NCBI GenBank assembly: GCA_040389905.1
Contig: JAZJZK010000053.1
Span: 14,200-78,199, forward strand
DNA from: Gemmatimonadota bacterium
GTDB lineage: Bacteria > Gemmatimonadota > Gemmatimonadetes > Gemmatimonadales > Gemmatimonadaceae
DNA: 64,000 nt
Reading direction: 5' to 3'
The translations under genes and the position numbers were made by a program. Below, piece by piece: positions 34,525 through 43,808 of the stretch. The notes under the pieces were generated by a model, which was given only the letters and a program-made list of their open reading frames with translations, made no database searches and had not been told where the DNA came from. Within the stretch, counting starts at the first letter, position 1. The number at the start of each line of letters is the position of its first letter.

Positions 34525-35073
34525 TCAGCGGCCCGTTTGCACCGGCGCGCGGGCGGACTCGCTCAACAGCCGCTCGACCTCGGTGCGCAACGCCTCCTCG
34601 GCAAAGATGCCAGTCACCCGTTTCACGATCTTTCCGTTGCGGTCGATGAGGATCGAGACGGGAAGCGCCCACACGCCGCCGAAGGACTCGACCAGTTCTT
34701 CCGCCCCGACGATGATGGGGTACCTGATCGCATGTTCGCGCAGGAAGTCGTACATGGCGAATGGATCCGTGTCGTTCGTCCAGATGCCCAGTACGACGAA
34801 TCCCTGGTCCTTCTTCGCGTGATAGACGCGGTCGAAGGCCGGCATTTCGGTGACGCACGGACCGCACCAGCTCGCCCAGAAGTTCACGAGGACGACCTTC
34901 CCGAGTGCACTGTCGCGCGTGATCGGGACTTCATCGAGCGTCTTGACCGCAAAGGCGGGCATCTCGTCGCCGACGCTCCCGCCACGCAATACGTCAAGTT
35001 GCGGCGATAGCCGATATGTGAAGAACGCGACCGCCAACCCCAGGCCGATGAACTTCCAGGTGCGATCTCTCAA
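34525..35073 (-). CDS. TlpA-family thiol:disulfide redoxin
   Basis: VNFWASWCGPC..EMP; likely TTG start at 35073 (the longer ORF call runs through a repeat). Confidence 0.88.
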   Translation of the reverse strand: MRDRTWKFIGLGLAVAFFTYRLSPQLDVLRGGSVGDEMPAFAVKTLDEVPITRDSALGKVVLVNFWASWCGPCVTEMPAFDRVYHAKKDQGFVVLGIWTNDTDPFAMYDFLREHAIRYPIIVGAEELVESFGGVWALPVSILIDRNGKIVKRVTGIFAEEALRTEVERLLSESARAPVQTGR

Positions 35074-35093
35074 TGCATGAGCCTCGGGACGTT

Positions 35094-35184
35094 CGCTCGT
35101 TTTGTCGCCCTGAGCGAAGCGAAGGGGCTGCACCTCAACCCAGACTGAAGGTGCAGATCCCTCGACTTCGCTCGGGGTGACAGC
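35094..35184. repeat. REP-like family A element
   Basis: cgctcgttttgtcgccctgagcgaagcgaaggggctgcacct ... aggtgcagatccctcgacttcgctcggggtgacagc. Confidence 0.85.
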
Positions 35185-35196
35185 CACATCTCGAGT

Positions 35197-36045
35197 TCAG
35201 ATGCTGTGAGCTCGCTGACCGCGCAACGACGCAAAGGTGCTGACGAGTGCCAGCAACACACCGCAAGCGACCACGATTGCCGCGCCCGTGGGCAGGTCGA
35301 ACTTGTACGACGCCCACAAGCCACCGAGACTCGCCGTCGCCGCAATGCACCAACCCACGACGAGGCGCGACGTCCACGTGCGCGCGAGCATCACCGCACA
35401 GACAGCAGGTACGATGAGGTAGGCGAAGGTCAGCAGCACGCCCGCAATGCGGACGAACGACACGACGACCAGCGCAAATGCCGCGTAGAACAGGAAGTCC
35501 CAGACCATCACCATCATCCCGGAGCCGTGCGCCGCCTTGAAATTCTCCGAGATGAGGGCGAAGCGCTTGTGGAACACCGCGTAAAACGCGCCGAGCGCCA
35601 CGAATGTGGCCGCGCGCTTCATGACGTCTTCGACCGTGACGTTGAGAATGTCGCCCGTCAGCAAGTGCTCGAGCTCTTCCTTGCCGCCGGCGACTCGGCT
35701 GAGCAACAGAATGACGGCCGCCGCGGCAACGACGAACGTGATGCCGATGATCGCCTCCTGCGGGACCTCATGCTGCTCGATGCTGCGAGACCAACTGAAG
35801 AGACCCGCGGCGAGGAACGTGACGACAAGGGAGATCCAGAACGTCGCCATGTCGCCGAACTGGAAGCCCATGATGAGCGCGATGCATGTGCCGAGCGTCG
35901 CGACTTGTGCGAGCGCGAGGTCAACGAAGATCACTTCGCGTTTCACAACATGAAGGCCGAGGTAGACGAGTAGGGGCGGAAGAATCAGGCAGGCGGCGAG
36001 CGGCCACTTCATGACCGCCCACGCGATGGCGAATTCGCTACTCAT
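35197..36045 (-). CDS. Metal ABC transporter permease (ZnuB/MntB-like)
   Basis: GLHVVKR.VIFVDLALAQ, EAIIG, GVLL.FAYLIVPA; multi-TM. Confidence 0.88.
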   Translation of the reverse strand: MSSEFAIAWAVMKWPLAACLILPPLLVYLGLHVVKREVIFVDLALAQVATLGTCIALIMGFQFGDMATFWISLVVTFLAAGLFSWSRSIEQHEVPQEAIIGITFVVAAAAVILLLSRVAGGKEELEHLLTGDILNVTVEDVMKRAATFVALGAFYAVFHKRFALISENFKAAHGSGMMVMVWDFLFYAAFALVVVSFVRIAGVLLTFAYLIVPAVCAVMLARTWTSRLVVGWCIAATASLGGLWASYKFDLPTGAAIVVACGVLLALVSTFASLRGQRAHSI

Positions 36046-36971
36046 TTCTTGGCCTGGAGTGCGGTGGTGACCGAGTGCACGAGCATATCCATCATCTCGA
36101 CGTAGGTATCCGTTCCCTTGATTGCGCCGGGTTGCTGCGACACGTCGACGACGACACCGCTGGCCTCGAGCGCGACCTTCTCAGCCGTCTTTCTGTTCTG
36201 GTAGGGCTGGACGAGAATCACGTGCGCATTTTGCGCGCGCATCGTTCCGATGACCTTTGCCTGGTGCGCCGGCGACGGTGCAATGCCCGGCTTCGGCTCC
36301 AGCGTTTCCACTACGTCGAGCTTGAAGCGCTCGCCGAAGTAGATGAAATCGTTGTGGTAGGTCACGATCTTCGCGCCAGCGTACGGCGCGAGGAGCTTCT
36401 GCCATTCGGTGGTCTTCGCATCCACCGCGGCATTGAACTTCGCCAGATTGGCCTTGAACGTTGCCGCATCGGCAGGATCGACTTGCGTGAAATGCGCCGC
36501 AATATTGGCCGCAACGATCTTGGCGTCCATGGGGTCGATGAGGAAATGCGGATTGCCGAGGGCGTGGACATCGCCGCGCGAGCGATCGAGCGTCGTCGGC
36601 ACTTCGAGCATCCGGATGCCCGCCGAGGCCAGAACCAGACCGGGTGCACCGGCGGCGAGGCGGTCATTACGCGCACTCTCGAGCAGCGGCGGAAGCCATC
36701 CGATCTCCAGCTCGGCTCCGCCCTCGATCAGCACATCTGCGCGATTGAGCGTGACGATGTGACTCGGTTTCGCATCGACGAAGTGCGGATCTTCCGAGGG
36801 CTTCGCGAGCGTCTTCACATCGACGGCGTCGCCACCGATCTCGCGCGCGAGTGCCCCGAGATCCGGTGTCGTCGTCACGACGTTGAGCTTCTTTGCTGCC
36901 GGCGGCGTCACCACGCTCGAAAGCACGAGAGCGGCCGTAACCGCGAGACGCGGTAGAATCATGAGACTCAT
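36042..36971 (-). CDS. Metal ABC substrate-binding protein (ZnuA/TroA family)
   Basis: EDPHFV, GDVH..GNPHF, TYH, EPKPGI.PSP.H. Confidence 0.92.
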   Translation of the reverse strand: MSLMILPRLAVTAALVLSSVVTPPAAKKLNVVTTTPDLGALAREIGGDAVDVKTLAKPSEDPHFVDAKPSHIVTLNRADVLIEGGAELEIGWLPPLLESARNDRLAAGAPGLVLASAGIRMLEVPTTLDRSRGDVHALGNPHFLIDPMDAKIVAANIAAHFTQVDPADAATFKANLAKFNAAVDAKTTEWQKLLAPYAGAKIVTYHNDFIYFGERFKLDVVETLEPKPGIAPSPAHQAKVIGTMRAQNAHVILVQPYQNRKTAEKVALEASGVVVDVSQQPGAIKGTDTYVEMMDMLVHSVTTALQAKK

Positions 36972-36983
36972 TTCTTGTTACTC

Positions 36984-38321
36984 CTAGAATTTGTGCGCCG
37001 CATGGGCGCCCATCATGAATTCGAATTGAAGCCAGAGCGAATGCTCAGTGCCCAGCCCCGCTCGGCGATCGACGTTGTATTGCAGACGAAGCTTGGAGAA
37101 CTCGGACGGATACCACGTCAGATTCGGTGATACGCGCTCTCTGTTCGTGCGGAGTTCGGACTCGAATGACGCCGCGCTGTTTCGCGTAACGTCGCCGCGA
37201 AGTCCCAGGATCACTCGTGGTCTGATACCCCAGAGCAGCTGGGAATAGCCACCCCAATCGCTGAGTGTTTCTGCGCGGAGCGTCGCGCCCGCATCGTCCA
37301 GGGCGACTCGATCCGCGGCACCGTACCGCCGCGAAATCAGTTCAGTCTGCCACGCCACGAACGGGAAGCCTGCCTGCGCGGCCTCGGCCTTCCACTTGTA
37401 ATAGGCATCCACACCATAGATCGACGTCCGCGCGCTCGACCCGGAGTTGTTCGGCCCGAACCCTGCCGATGCGCCGAGCACGATGGTCTGTGTCTCGGTG
37501 AGATCGAGTGAGGTGGTGAGGCGCGGAACGATGAGCAGATCTGTGAGGCTTCCGACCTCGCGATCGACTGGCACGCCGCCGTGTATCTCGCCCGACTCCT
37601 CGGAGCGGAAGCTCGACGTCGTTCCGCCCGCGCTGTTGAGGACGGAGACCATCGCTTCAGTATAGATGTCCGTTGGCAGGAGCCACGACAGTTTTGCGCC
37701 TTGTCCCCGCAGCCCATCGGACCCGAACATCTGATTGAGGACGAGCGGCTGGTCGACGAACGCCCATGCGTGCGGATGCTGCGCATTCTGCCGACCGAAA
37801 TCCGTCAGCATCTGGCCTGCTTTTGCCTGAAGATTCCACGGGAGTGATGTCGTCTGCGCCCATGCCTCCTCGAGCTCGACGCCTGTTTCGCCATTCTTGT
37901 CGAGCTTGTAGACCAGCGCGCTGAAGCCCTTGAAGTACGGGTCCACGGCGCCGTCGAAGGTTAGCTCGACATTCGGGACCGTGAAGCCGCGAACGAGCGG
38001 GTCGTGATCGCCGCGAAGGAGGGAGCCAACGTTGGGCGTTGACGACCATCCGAAATCGGAAAGCGCGTCGAAGCCCATGTTCATATAGGCGCCCCCGGCG
38101 CGCTGTGGCGTGGCGGGCGCCGGGGCTTCCGCAGGTCCGGCGCGGAGAAGGCTGTCGAGCTTTTCCTGCTGTGCCTTGACGGCGGCAGTGAGAGAATCGA
38201 GTGTGCGCTGCTGTCGGCGCGCAGTCGTATCGGATGCCTGCTGGGCAGCGAGCGGAACGCTCGCGCAGCCACAGGCAATCATGACCGCGACGAATGTCGC
38301 GGTCCTGTGAAGCCGGTTCAT
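36984..38321 (-). CDS. Putative outer-membrane metal-uptake beta-barrel
   Basis: Signal peptide, GDHDP, VDPYF, FGRQN..HPH.W, SEFSKLRLQY, C-terminal GAHAAHKF; leads the metal ABC operon. Confidence 0.72.
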   Translation of the reverse strand: MNRLHRTATFVAVMIACGCASVPLAAQQASDTTARRQQRTLDSLTAAVKAQQEKLDSLLRAGPAEAPAPATPQRAGGAYMNMGFDALSDFGWSSTPNVGSLLRGDHDPLVRGFTVPNVELTFDGAVDPYFKGFSALVYKLDKNGETGVELEEAWAQTTSLPWNLQAKAGQMLTDFGRQNAQHPHAWAFVDQPLVLNQMFGSDGLRGQGAKLSWLLPTDIYTEAMVSVLNSAGGTTSSFRSEESGEIHGGVPVDREVGSLTDLLIVPRLTTSLDLTETQTIVLGASAGFGPNNSGSSARTSIYGVDAYYKWKAEAAQAGFPFVAWQTELISRRYGAADRVALDDAGATLRAETLSDWGGYSQLLWGIRPRVILGLRGDVTRNSAASFESELRTNRERVSPNLTWYPSEFSKLRLQYNVDRRAGLGTEHSLWLQFEFMMGAHAAHKF

Positions 38322-38403
38322 GTGTGATTTGTCTCGAATGATGGCTCACCGGCGAGAGGAGTCCCGCCGAGCGTTTGTGAGCGCGCTCGGCGCTCACGGT
38401 CCG

Positions 38404-38751
38404 TCAGACGAGCTGGTCTGGGGGGGCCCTGGAGAGGTAGCCATGTCCGCGCAACGACTCGGTGCTGGGCGCGGAGAACTCCGCGAGCCCGCCGGTGAGG
38501 CGGCGCGGAACCTCGAGCGGATCCGCTGAGGTGCCGACCATCAGCACGCTGAGGTACTGGCAGACGACGCAGTCGGCCGAATGTGGCGGCCGGCAGGCGG
38601 TGCGCGACTCGTCCTCGACGTGCGAATACGCATTGCGGCGGTCGATCGCATCCACGGCGTCGCTCACGCTCAACGTCGCCGGCAGCGCGAATTGCACTGC
38701 AGCGAAGAAGACCGTGAGGAAGCGGGTCCAGCGACTCGGCCGAATCATCAA
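38404..38751 (-). CDS. DUF2946/CruR-like leader peptide (signal segment, CxxC, C-terminal RAPP)
   Basis: Hydrophobic N-terminus, HSADCVVC, ...LSRAPPDQLV*; directly upstream of metal-uptake genes. Confidence 0.75.
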   Translation of the reverse strand: MMIRPSRWTRFLTVFFAAVQFALPATLSVSDAVDAIDRRNAYSHVEDESRTACRPPHSADCVVCQYLSVLMVGTSADPLEVPRRLTGGLAEFSAPSTESLRGHGYLSRAPPDQLV

Positions 38752-38794
38752 ATGGAAGCCTATATGGTCGTAGGGCCGGAGGCAAATGTGATCA

Positions 38795-39793
38795 TCAGGG
38801 AATGACGCGGCCTCCCATCGCGGCGGAATCCATCTCGCGGGCCATCATGAGCCAATCGTCGCGGGAGACCACCAAGGTCGCGTCGTCCTGGTACTGATGG
38901 AGCGCGACCAGAAGCGCTGCCCGCTTGCGCGCCGGCGGCACGGCGGGCGAGGCGAGAATATCACCCACGACGTCGTGCAGTGCGTGGAGGTTGTCGAACA
39001 CGGCCGCCGCATCGGGATAGCGCTGCGTGAATCGTTCGGCGATCGCCGGCGACAACGGCATGGTGGACGGCACACGGCCATGCGAAAGCGCGAGGGTCCA
39101 GAACGCATCCACACTGCGCTGGACGAGCGTGTCTCGCGTGGTACCGGCTGGTGCGGCGAGCAGCGCCTCGTACAGGCTCATTTGCAACCAATGGTATGAC
39201 CAGATCAATGCGTTGTACGCGGGTGCTGCCCGTCGCAGTGAGAGCGAGAAAGGTTGTCCCTCCATCAATGCCATGTTCTTGGGCTTGCTGCTCAGCGCGA
39301 GATCTGGCCGCGAGCGATAGTAGCGCATCACGTCAGCAACACGCGCGTCGCGTTGGCTGTCCGCAATCCGGGCGTCGGACAATACATCGTACAGTTGGCG
39401 ATGCAGCATGTGCGCCCACTCGAATGCCTCGACAAGCTCGGGCGCAGTCGTCGCGTATCGCGGAGCAATGGCGTGCTCGTCGAGCGTGACGGACGACGGA
39501 TGACGGAGCACCCGTGTTGTCACCAGTGTGTAGAGCACCGTGTCGACGTCGTGTGTCAAGGTTCCGGGATGACGCAGTTCTCGCTCATACAGCGCCGCAT
39601 GACCAAAGTCGAAGGCGTTGAAGAGCGCATCGACGCGCGGGTACTGTCCGCGGAATGCGTAGTTGTGCGACGCGCGAAGGTAGGTCTGCTCGTACGCGAC
39701 GGGATGGCAACTGGCGGTTGTCGCGCTGACGATCAACCCGACCAGCATACGGCGTCGTCGGCACGCAGGATCAGCGCGCGAGGCTGAACGCAA
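38795..39793 (-). CDS. Hypothetical His-motif secreted/lipoprotein
   Basis: FDFGH, WAHMLHRQ, SYHWLQ, FDNLHALHD; start uncertain (39793 or 39748). Confidence 0.7.
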   Translation of the reverse strand: MRSASRADPACRRRRMLVGLIVSATTASCHPVAYEQTYLRASHNYAFRGQYPRVDALFNAFDFGHAALYERELRHPGTLTHDVDTVLYTLVTTRVLRHPSSVTLDEHAIAPRYATTAPELVEAFEWAHMLHRQLYDVLSDARIADSQRDARVADVMRYYRSRPDLALSSKPKNMALMEGQPFSLSLRRAAPAYNALIWSYHWLQMSLYEALLAAPAGTTRDTLVQRSVDAFWTLALSHGRVPSTMPLSPAIAERFTQRYPDAAAVFDNLHALHDVVGDILASPAVPPARKRAALLVALHQYQDDATLVVSRDDWLMMAREMDSAAMGGRVIP

Positions 39794-40763
39794 ACGTCCC
39801 TCCGACGGTGAATGCCGTGGATTGAATCGCGCCGGCGAACTTGCGGGAGACTCCCGCGTCGAGCACCACGCGCGGGCTCAACTGGTGCCTCGCGCCCACC
39901 TCGGCAGTGAGATCCGTGACCGCATAGAGCCCCACGAAGCGGTCCGCGACCACGTCCACGGCGATCTGTGTGCTCGAGAGTGCGAACGCGTGATCCGTTC
40001 CAATTGCCGCGGACCAACGCATACCATCGGAACGCGGAGCTTCCGCGGCAGTCTGATTGGCGGACGGCCCGAGACAGACGCTGGAGCGTGCGATGGGAAA
40101 GCGCGCAACAGACAGCGAGTCGAGCTTGATGACGTCGCACGGTATGTCGGGGATTAAAGGCCCCCCGCAGCTTGGCGTGTCAACAGGGCTGAATCGACTG
40201 GCAATGCAGACCTCCGGGGGTGGAGTCGCGCGAACAGACCAGGTGCCGATCCCTGCATTGAGATGGACGCGGGCGACGGGAAGGGTCTTCGTCGCGGCGG
40301 CGAAGGCAGAATACGTCGAGCGCGGCGAGGCAAGGGATCCGGTCGCCAGCAGGATTTCGGTCCCCAGCGCAACGGCCGGTTTGCGAGACGTTTCCTGCCC
40401 GAATGCGTGCAACCCACTCACGGCTACACCGGCGACTCCGGACGTGCGCTCACCCGACCCGGGCGGCGGCACGACATACAGAACCGGCACGCGAATCGCC
40501 AATTCGGTAAACGGCGCGACGCCGTATGTCACCTCGGGATCGACTCGCCAACGCGTGACGCCGCTTCCGAACCGCTCCCCTCGAATCGCGGGCAACTCCA
40601 GGTCGAGTGATCGTCGTGCTGTCACGAGGGCATCCTGGGTGCGCACCGGACGTCCGCCATCGGAGTTCAGATACCCCGTTTGTGCGACCGCACAGGGCGA
40701 CCAAACGACCGCCAGAAAGAGCACCGAGGTGCCGATCCGGTTCGGAGCGCGCACCGGATTCAC
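39771..40763 (-). CDS. Putative outer-membrane beta-barrel protein
   Basis: Signal peptide, amphipathic strands, VLDAGVSR, ends GGTFAFSLAR; Cys-containing insert. Confidence 0.6.
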   Translation of the reverse strand: MNPVRAPNRIGTSVLFLAVVWSPCAVAQTGYLNSDGGRPVRTQDALVTARRSLDLELPAIRGERFGSGVTRWRVDPEVTYGVAPFTELAIRVPVLYVVPPPGSGERTSGVAGVAVSGLHAFGQETSRKPAVALGTEILLATGSLASPRSTYSAFAAATKTLPVARVHLNAGIGTWSVRATPPPEVCIASRFSPVDTPSCGGPLIPDIPCDVIKLDSLSVARFPIARSSVCLGPSANQTAAEAPRSDGMRWSAAIGTDHAFALSSTQIAVDVVADRFVGLYAVTDLTAEVGARHQLSPRVVLDAGVSRKFAGAIQSTAFTVGGTFAFSLAR

Positions 40764-41572
40764 AGCTTCAACAACTGGTCGCGAAGCACGCGCGCGCGCA
40801 GTCGGCTGACCTGAAATTGCTGTCCCGTGGCCAGGGCCACGAGATAGGTGGCACCGGGCATCGGACTCACCTTGGTGATACTCTCGACGCGAACCAGCGT
40901 GCCGCGCGACAGTCGAATGAACTCTGAAGGCTCCAGTCGTGCCTCGAGGTCCTTGAGACGATACGTGATCGTGTGCCGCTCCTTGTTGATCGTCATGAGG
41001 TGGAGCAGTTCGCCATCGGCGACAACCGATGCCACCTGCGAAACGGGTACGAGCACGAGATCGTGGCGCCGGCGCACGGGAATTCTGCGGAGTGGCGCAA
41101 GCGGGCTCGCGTCTTCGATGAGCGCCGCGGCGTTCGCCAGCCCGGCGTGGTGTGCCGGCAGCGACTCACGCCGATTGTCTGCTTCGTCGAGCCGGTCGTG
41201 CGCTCGCGTCAATGTGAAGCGAAGACGCGTCGCATCGACAGGCTTCAGCAGGTAGTCGATGGCGTTGAGCTCGAATGCCCGCACGGCGAATTCATCGAAT
41301 GCGGTGACGAACGCGACGAGCGGCAGCCGATCTTTGCGCAACAGGCGGACGACGTCGATGCCGCCGACCTCGGGCATCTGGAGGTCGAGAAAGGCGAGAT
41401 CGGGGCGGTGCTCCTCGATCATGGCGATGGCTTCTGCGCCGCCCTGTGCCTCGCCGACGATTTCAACGTCGGGGCACGTTGCCAACAGCGCGAGCAGGTA
41501 CGCGCGCGCGGGACGCTCGTCGTCGGCGACGACGACGCGGAGCATTGGCCCGATTTCGCGCTCTCCTTTCAC
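40760..41572 (-). CDS. LytTR-family response regulator
   Basis: ADDE, DLQMP, TAFD, DYLLKP receiver; FIRLSR and VSR LytTR domain. Confidence 0.95.
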   Translation of the reverse strand: MKGEREIGPMLRVVVADDERPARAYLLALLATCPDVEIVGEAQGGAEAIAMIEEHRPDLAFLDLQMPEVGGIDVVRLLRKDRLPLVAFVTAFDEFAVRAFELNAIDYLLKPVDATRLRFTLTRAHDRLDEADNRRESLPAHHAGLANAAALIEDASPLAPLRRIPVRRRHDLVLVPVSQVASVVADGELLHLMTINKERHTITYRLKDLEARLEPSEFIRLSRGTLVRVESITKVSPMPGATYLVALATGQQFQVSRLRARVLRDQLLKL

Positions 41573-43542
41573 GTAACCGTGGCGTTGATGGTGGACGACT
41601 CGCGCTCGTGGAGCGACGGTCCGACTCCCACGCGTGCAACAGGGATCACGAGATCCACACGCGTACCCTGACCCTCTTCGCTCTGGATCGCCAGCGACGC
41701 GTTCGCACCGTAGTAGTGCAGCAGTCGGCTGCGCAGATTGGCCAGGCCCATTCCCGTGCTCGTTTGTCGAGCGAGCGACTCTGCTGTCGCGCCGGCGCCG
41801 GTATCGATCACCACGAATCGGAGGTATTGCGAATCGGCCGCGTCCGCGGCGTCCAATGTGCCCCGCACGCTAATCGTGCCACCCTGCTGCCGCTGTGAGA
41901 TGCCGTGCTTGATGGCGTTCTCGACCAACGGTTGGAGCAGCAACGGCGGCACCCGCAACTGCCGGATGTCGTCGTCCACAGCGATGGACACGCGCAGCCT
42001 GTCCTCGAATCGTGCGCGTTCGATTGCGAGGTACGACTCGACGATCTCCATCTCCTCGCCCAGCGTGACGAATGCGCCAGCCGAGCGACGCAGCACGGCG
42101 CGCAACAGACTCGTCAGCTTGAGTAGCGTATCCAGTGCGCGGCTCGGGGACTCATGCAGCAGAAAGCCGATCGTCGTCAGCGCATTGAAGAGAAAATGCG
42201 GATTGAGCTGCGCCTGAAGCGCACGCAGCTCGGCCTCCGTCGTCAATCGTTCGAGGTCGCGCTCACGAAGCGTGCGCTCGTGGCGCTCCTGCGCGACGCG
42301 TAGCACGTCGATGCGCCGCGCGGCCGCTTCAGCGACGGCCTCCGCGAGCGCGATGTCGTCGGAGAGTATTCGCCGGCCGCCGGCCAACGCGCCGATTTCA
42401 ATTCTGAAATGCGGAGCCTCCGAGGTTGCGACTTGAATGCGTGTGTCGAGCTGCTGTCCGTCGGAGGACGCGGAGGGAGTACCCGCGATACCATCCGCGG
42501 CCGTCCAGCGCACGGAGCTCGCTGATAGTGCCGGTGCCAGCATCGTGGCCGCAAGATCGAGTACGTGCTCCGTGGACTCCAGCGTGCCGAGCCTGACGAC
42601 GGCCTCGCGACGCAGACGAGCGGAGTCGACTCGTCGCAGAACAACGCGATCGATAAAGCGCGTCAGTCCGCCGCGGAGCAGCGGATAGGCTGCCGCAACA
42701 CCAACCCAGAGCGCAATCAGTGCCGCAGTGCCGCGCGGGTCGGTTGGGTCTGCGGCGAGACGCGGAAGAACAAAGGGAACGGCAATGAGTAGATAGGTCG
42801 CGAGCGCCAGCGAGACGAGCGCAACGAGTGCCAACGCGCGCTTGAGAAAGATGTCCGCGAAAGCAAAGCGATAGTCTTGATAGAGAATGACGAGGACGAG
42901 GGGCAGCGATGCGTGGTGGCCAACGAGTTCGATGGCCACGGACTGCGTTCCTTCGACATGATGGCTGAGATGGAGTGCCATGACCGCGAACGCCGCGAGT
43001 GCTGCGGCGGCGAGCGGGCCGCGTCCACCAGACTGTCCCCGCATCGTGACGGCGAGCAGCGCGATGACAATACCGTACCCCACCGTGAGCAGAATGAGAG
43101 CGGGCCGGTACGGCGCAATGCCGCGCGTGCTTGCGATGAATAGCTGCACGATCGCGCCGGAGGAGCTGAGTGCATAGACGGAACCAGTGAGCCACCGCGC
43201 GTAGCGGGATGCGTGTCCGCTCGCCGCATGCACGACGACGGCCGGAAGAAAACCGAGCGCACCGAACGCGAGCGCAACAAAGATCGGGGAGGGCGGCGTT
43301 GCACCGATGTCGCGGCCGCCATAGATGACCAGGCCGCCCGCGTTCCACACGATGCCCAGCACGGCCGTGATCAGCGGGATTCGGTCGCCGAGCGACGAGA
43401 ACGCGTACTGCGTGCCGAGTGAGCGCGCTGAAGCGCTCACCATTCGGCCACGTAGCGTCATCACGGCGAGCATCGCATACAGCACAATGCCGGTGATGAA
43501 GCCAGTCGCGTGAACGATCGCCGCAATATCGCTCGACGTCAT
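41569..43542 (-). CDS. LytS-family sensor histidine kinase
   Basis: Multi-TM N-terminus; ELRALQAQLNPHFLFNAL, LQPLVENAIKHG, GMGLAN; GGGAG RBS before ATG 43542. Confidence 0.94.
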   Translation of the reverse strand: MTSSDIAAIVHATGFITGIVLYAMLAVMTLRGRMVSASARSLGTQYAFSSLGDRIPLITAVLGIVWNAGGLVIYGGRDIGATPPSPIFVALAFGALGFLPAVVVHAASGHASRYARWLTGSVYALSSSGAIVQLFIASTRGIAPYRPALILLTVGYGIVIALLAVTMRGQSGGRGPLAAAALAAFAVMALHLSHHVEGTQSVAIELVGHHASLPLVLVILYQDYRFAFADIFLKRALALVALVSLALATYLLIAVPFVLPRLAADPTDPRGTAALIALWVGVAAAYPLLRGGLTRFIDRVVLRRVDSARLRREAVVRLGTLESTEHVLDLAATMLAPALSASSVRWTAADGIAGTPSASSDGQQLDTRIQVATSEAPHFRIEIGALAGGRRILSDDIALAEAVAEAAARRIDVLRVAQERHERTLRERDLERLTTEAELRALQAQLNPHFLFNALTTIGFLLHESPSRALDTLLKLTSLLRAVLRRSAGAFVTLGEEMEIVESYLAIERARFEDRLRVSIAVDDDIRQLRVPPLLLQPLVENAIKHGISQRQQGGTISVRGTLDAADAADSQYLRFVVIDTGAGATAESLARQTSTGMGLANLRSRLLHYYGANASLAIQSEEGQGTRVDLVIPVARVGVGPSLHERESSTINATVT

Positions 43543-43604
43543 GGCTCCCGAGGATTGAACGAGAGAACTGTAGGCGGTCGGGCTCATGCTCACAGTGTCG
43601 GCAG

Positions 43605-43655
43605 ATGAACGGACAGAACGGGCACATGAATGGTCACCAGCAGCCAATGAGCGTG
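43605..43655 (-). promoter_or_regulatory. Three 21-bp-phased direct repeats, putative LytTR boxes
   Basis: atgaacgga (43605), atgaatggt (43626), atgagcgtg (43647); the reverse complement TCCGTTCAT fits the LytTR-type 9-mer with a 12-bp spacer. Confidence 0.65.
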
Positions 43656-43808
43656 CAACGGGATGTTGTCACCCCGAATTTCGCTCTTGGTGACAGCTGA
43701 GGCGCGCGCATCGCCGCCGGTGCGCGATCAATGACAATTCGAGGAACCAGAGCAGCAGTTCATTGGAAACCGAGTTCTGTGACGCTCGGACCGCGGTACC
43801 CTCGTCGC

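Noticed and set aside
35074..35187. Long N-terminal extension of TlpA (likewise the extensions at 2776 and 23507)
   Set aside because: The extensions translate palindromic repeats; downstream starts fit the families better
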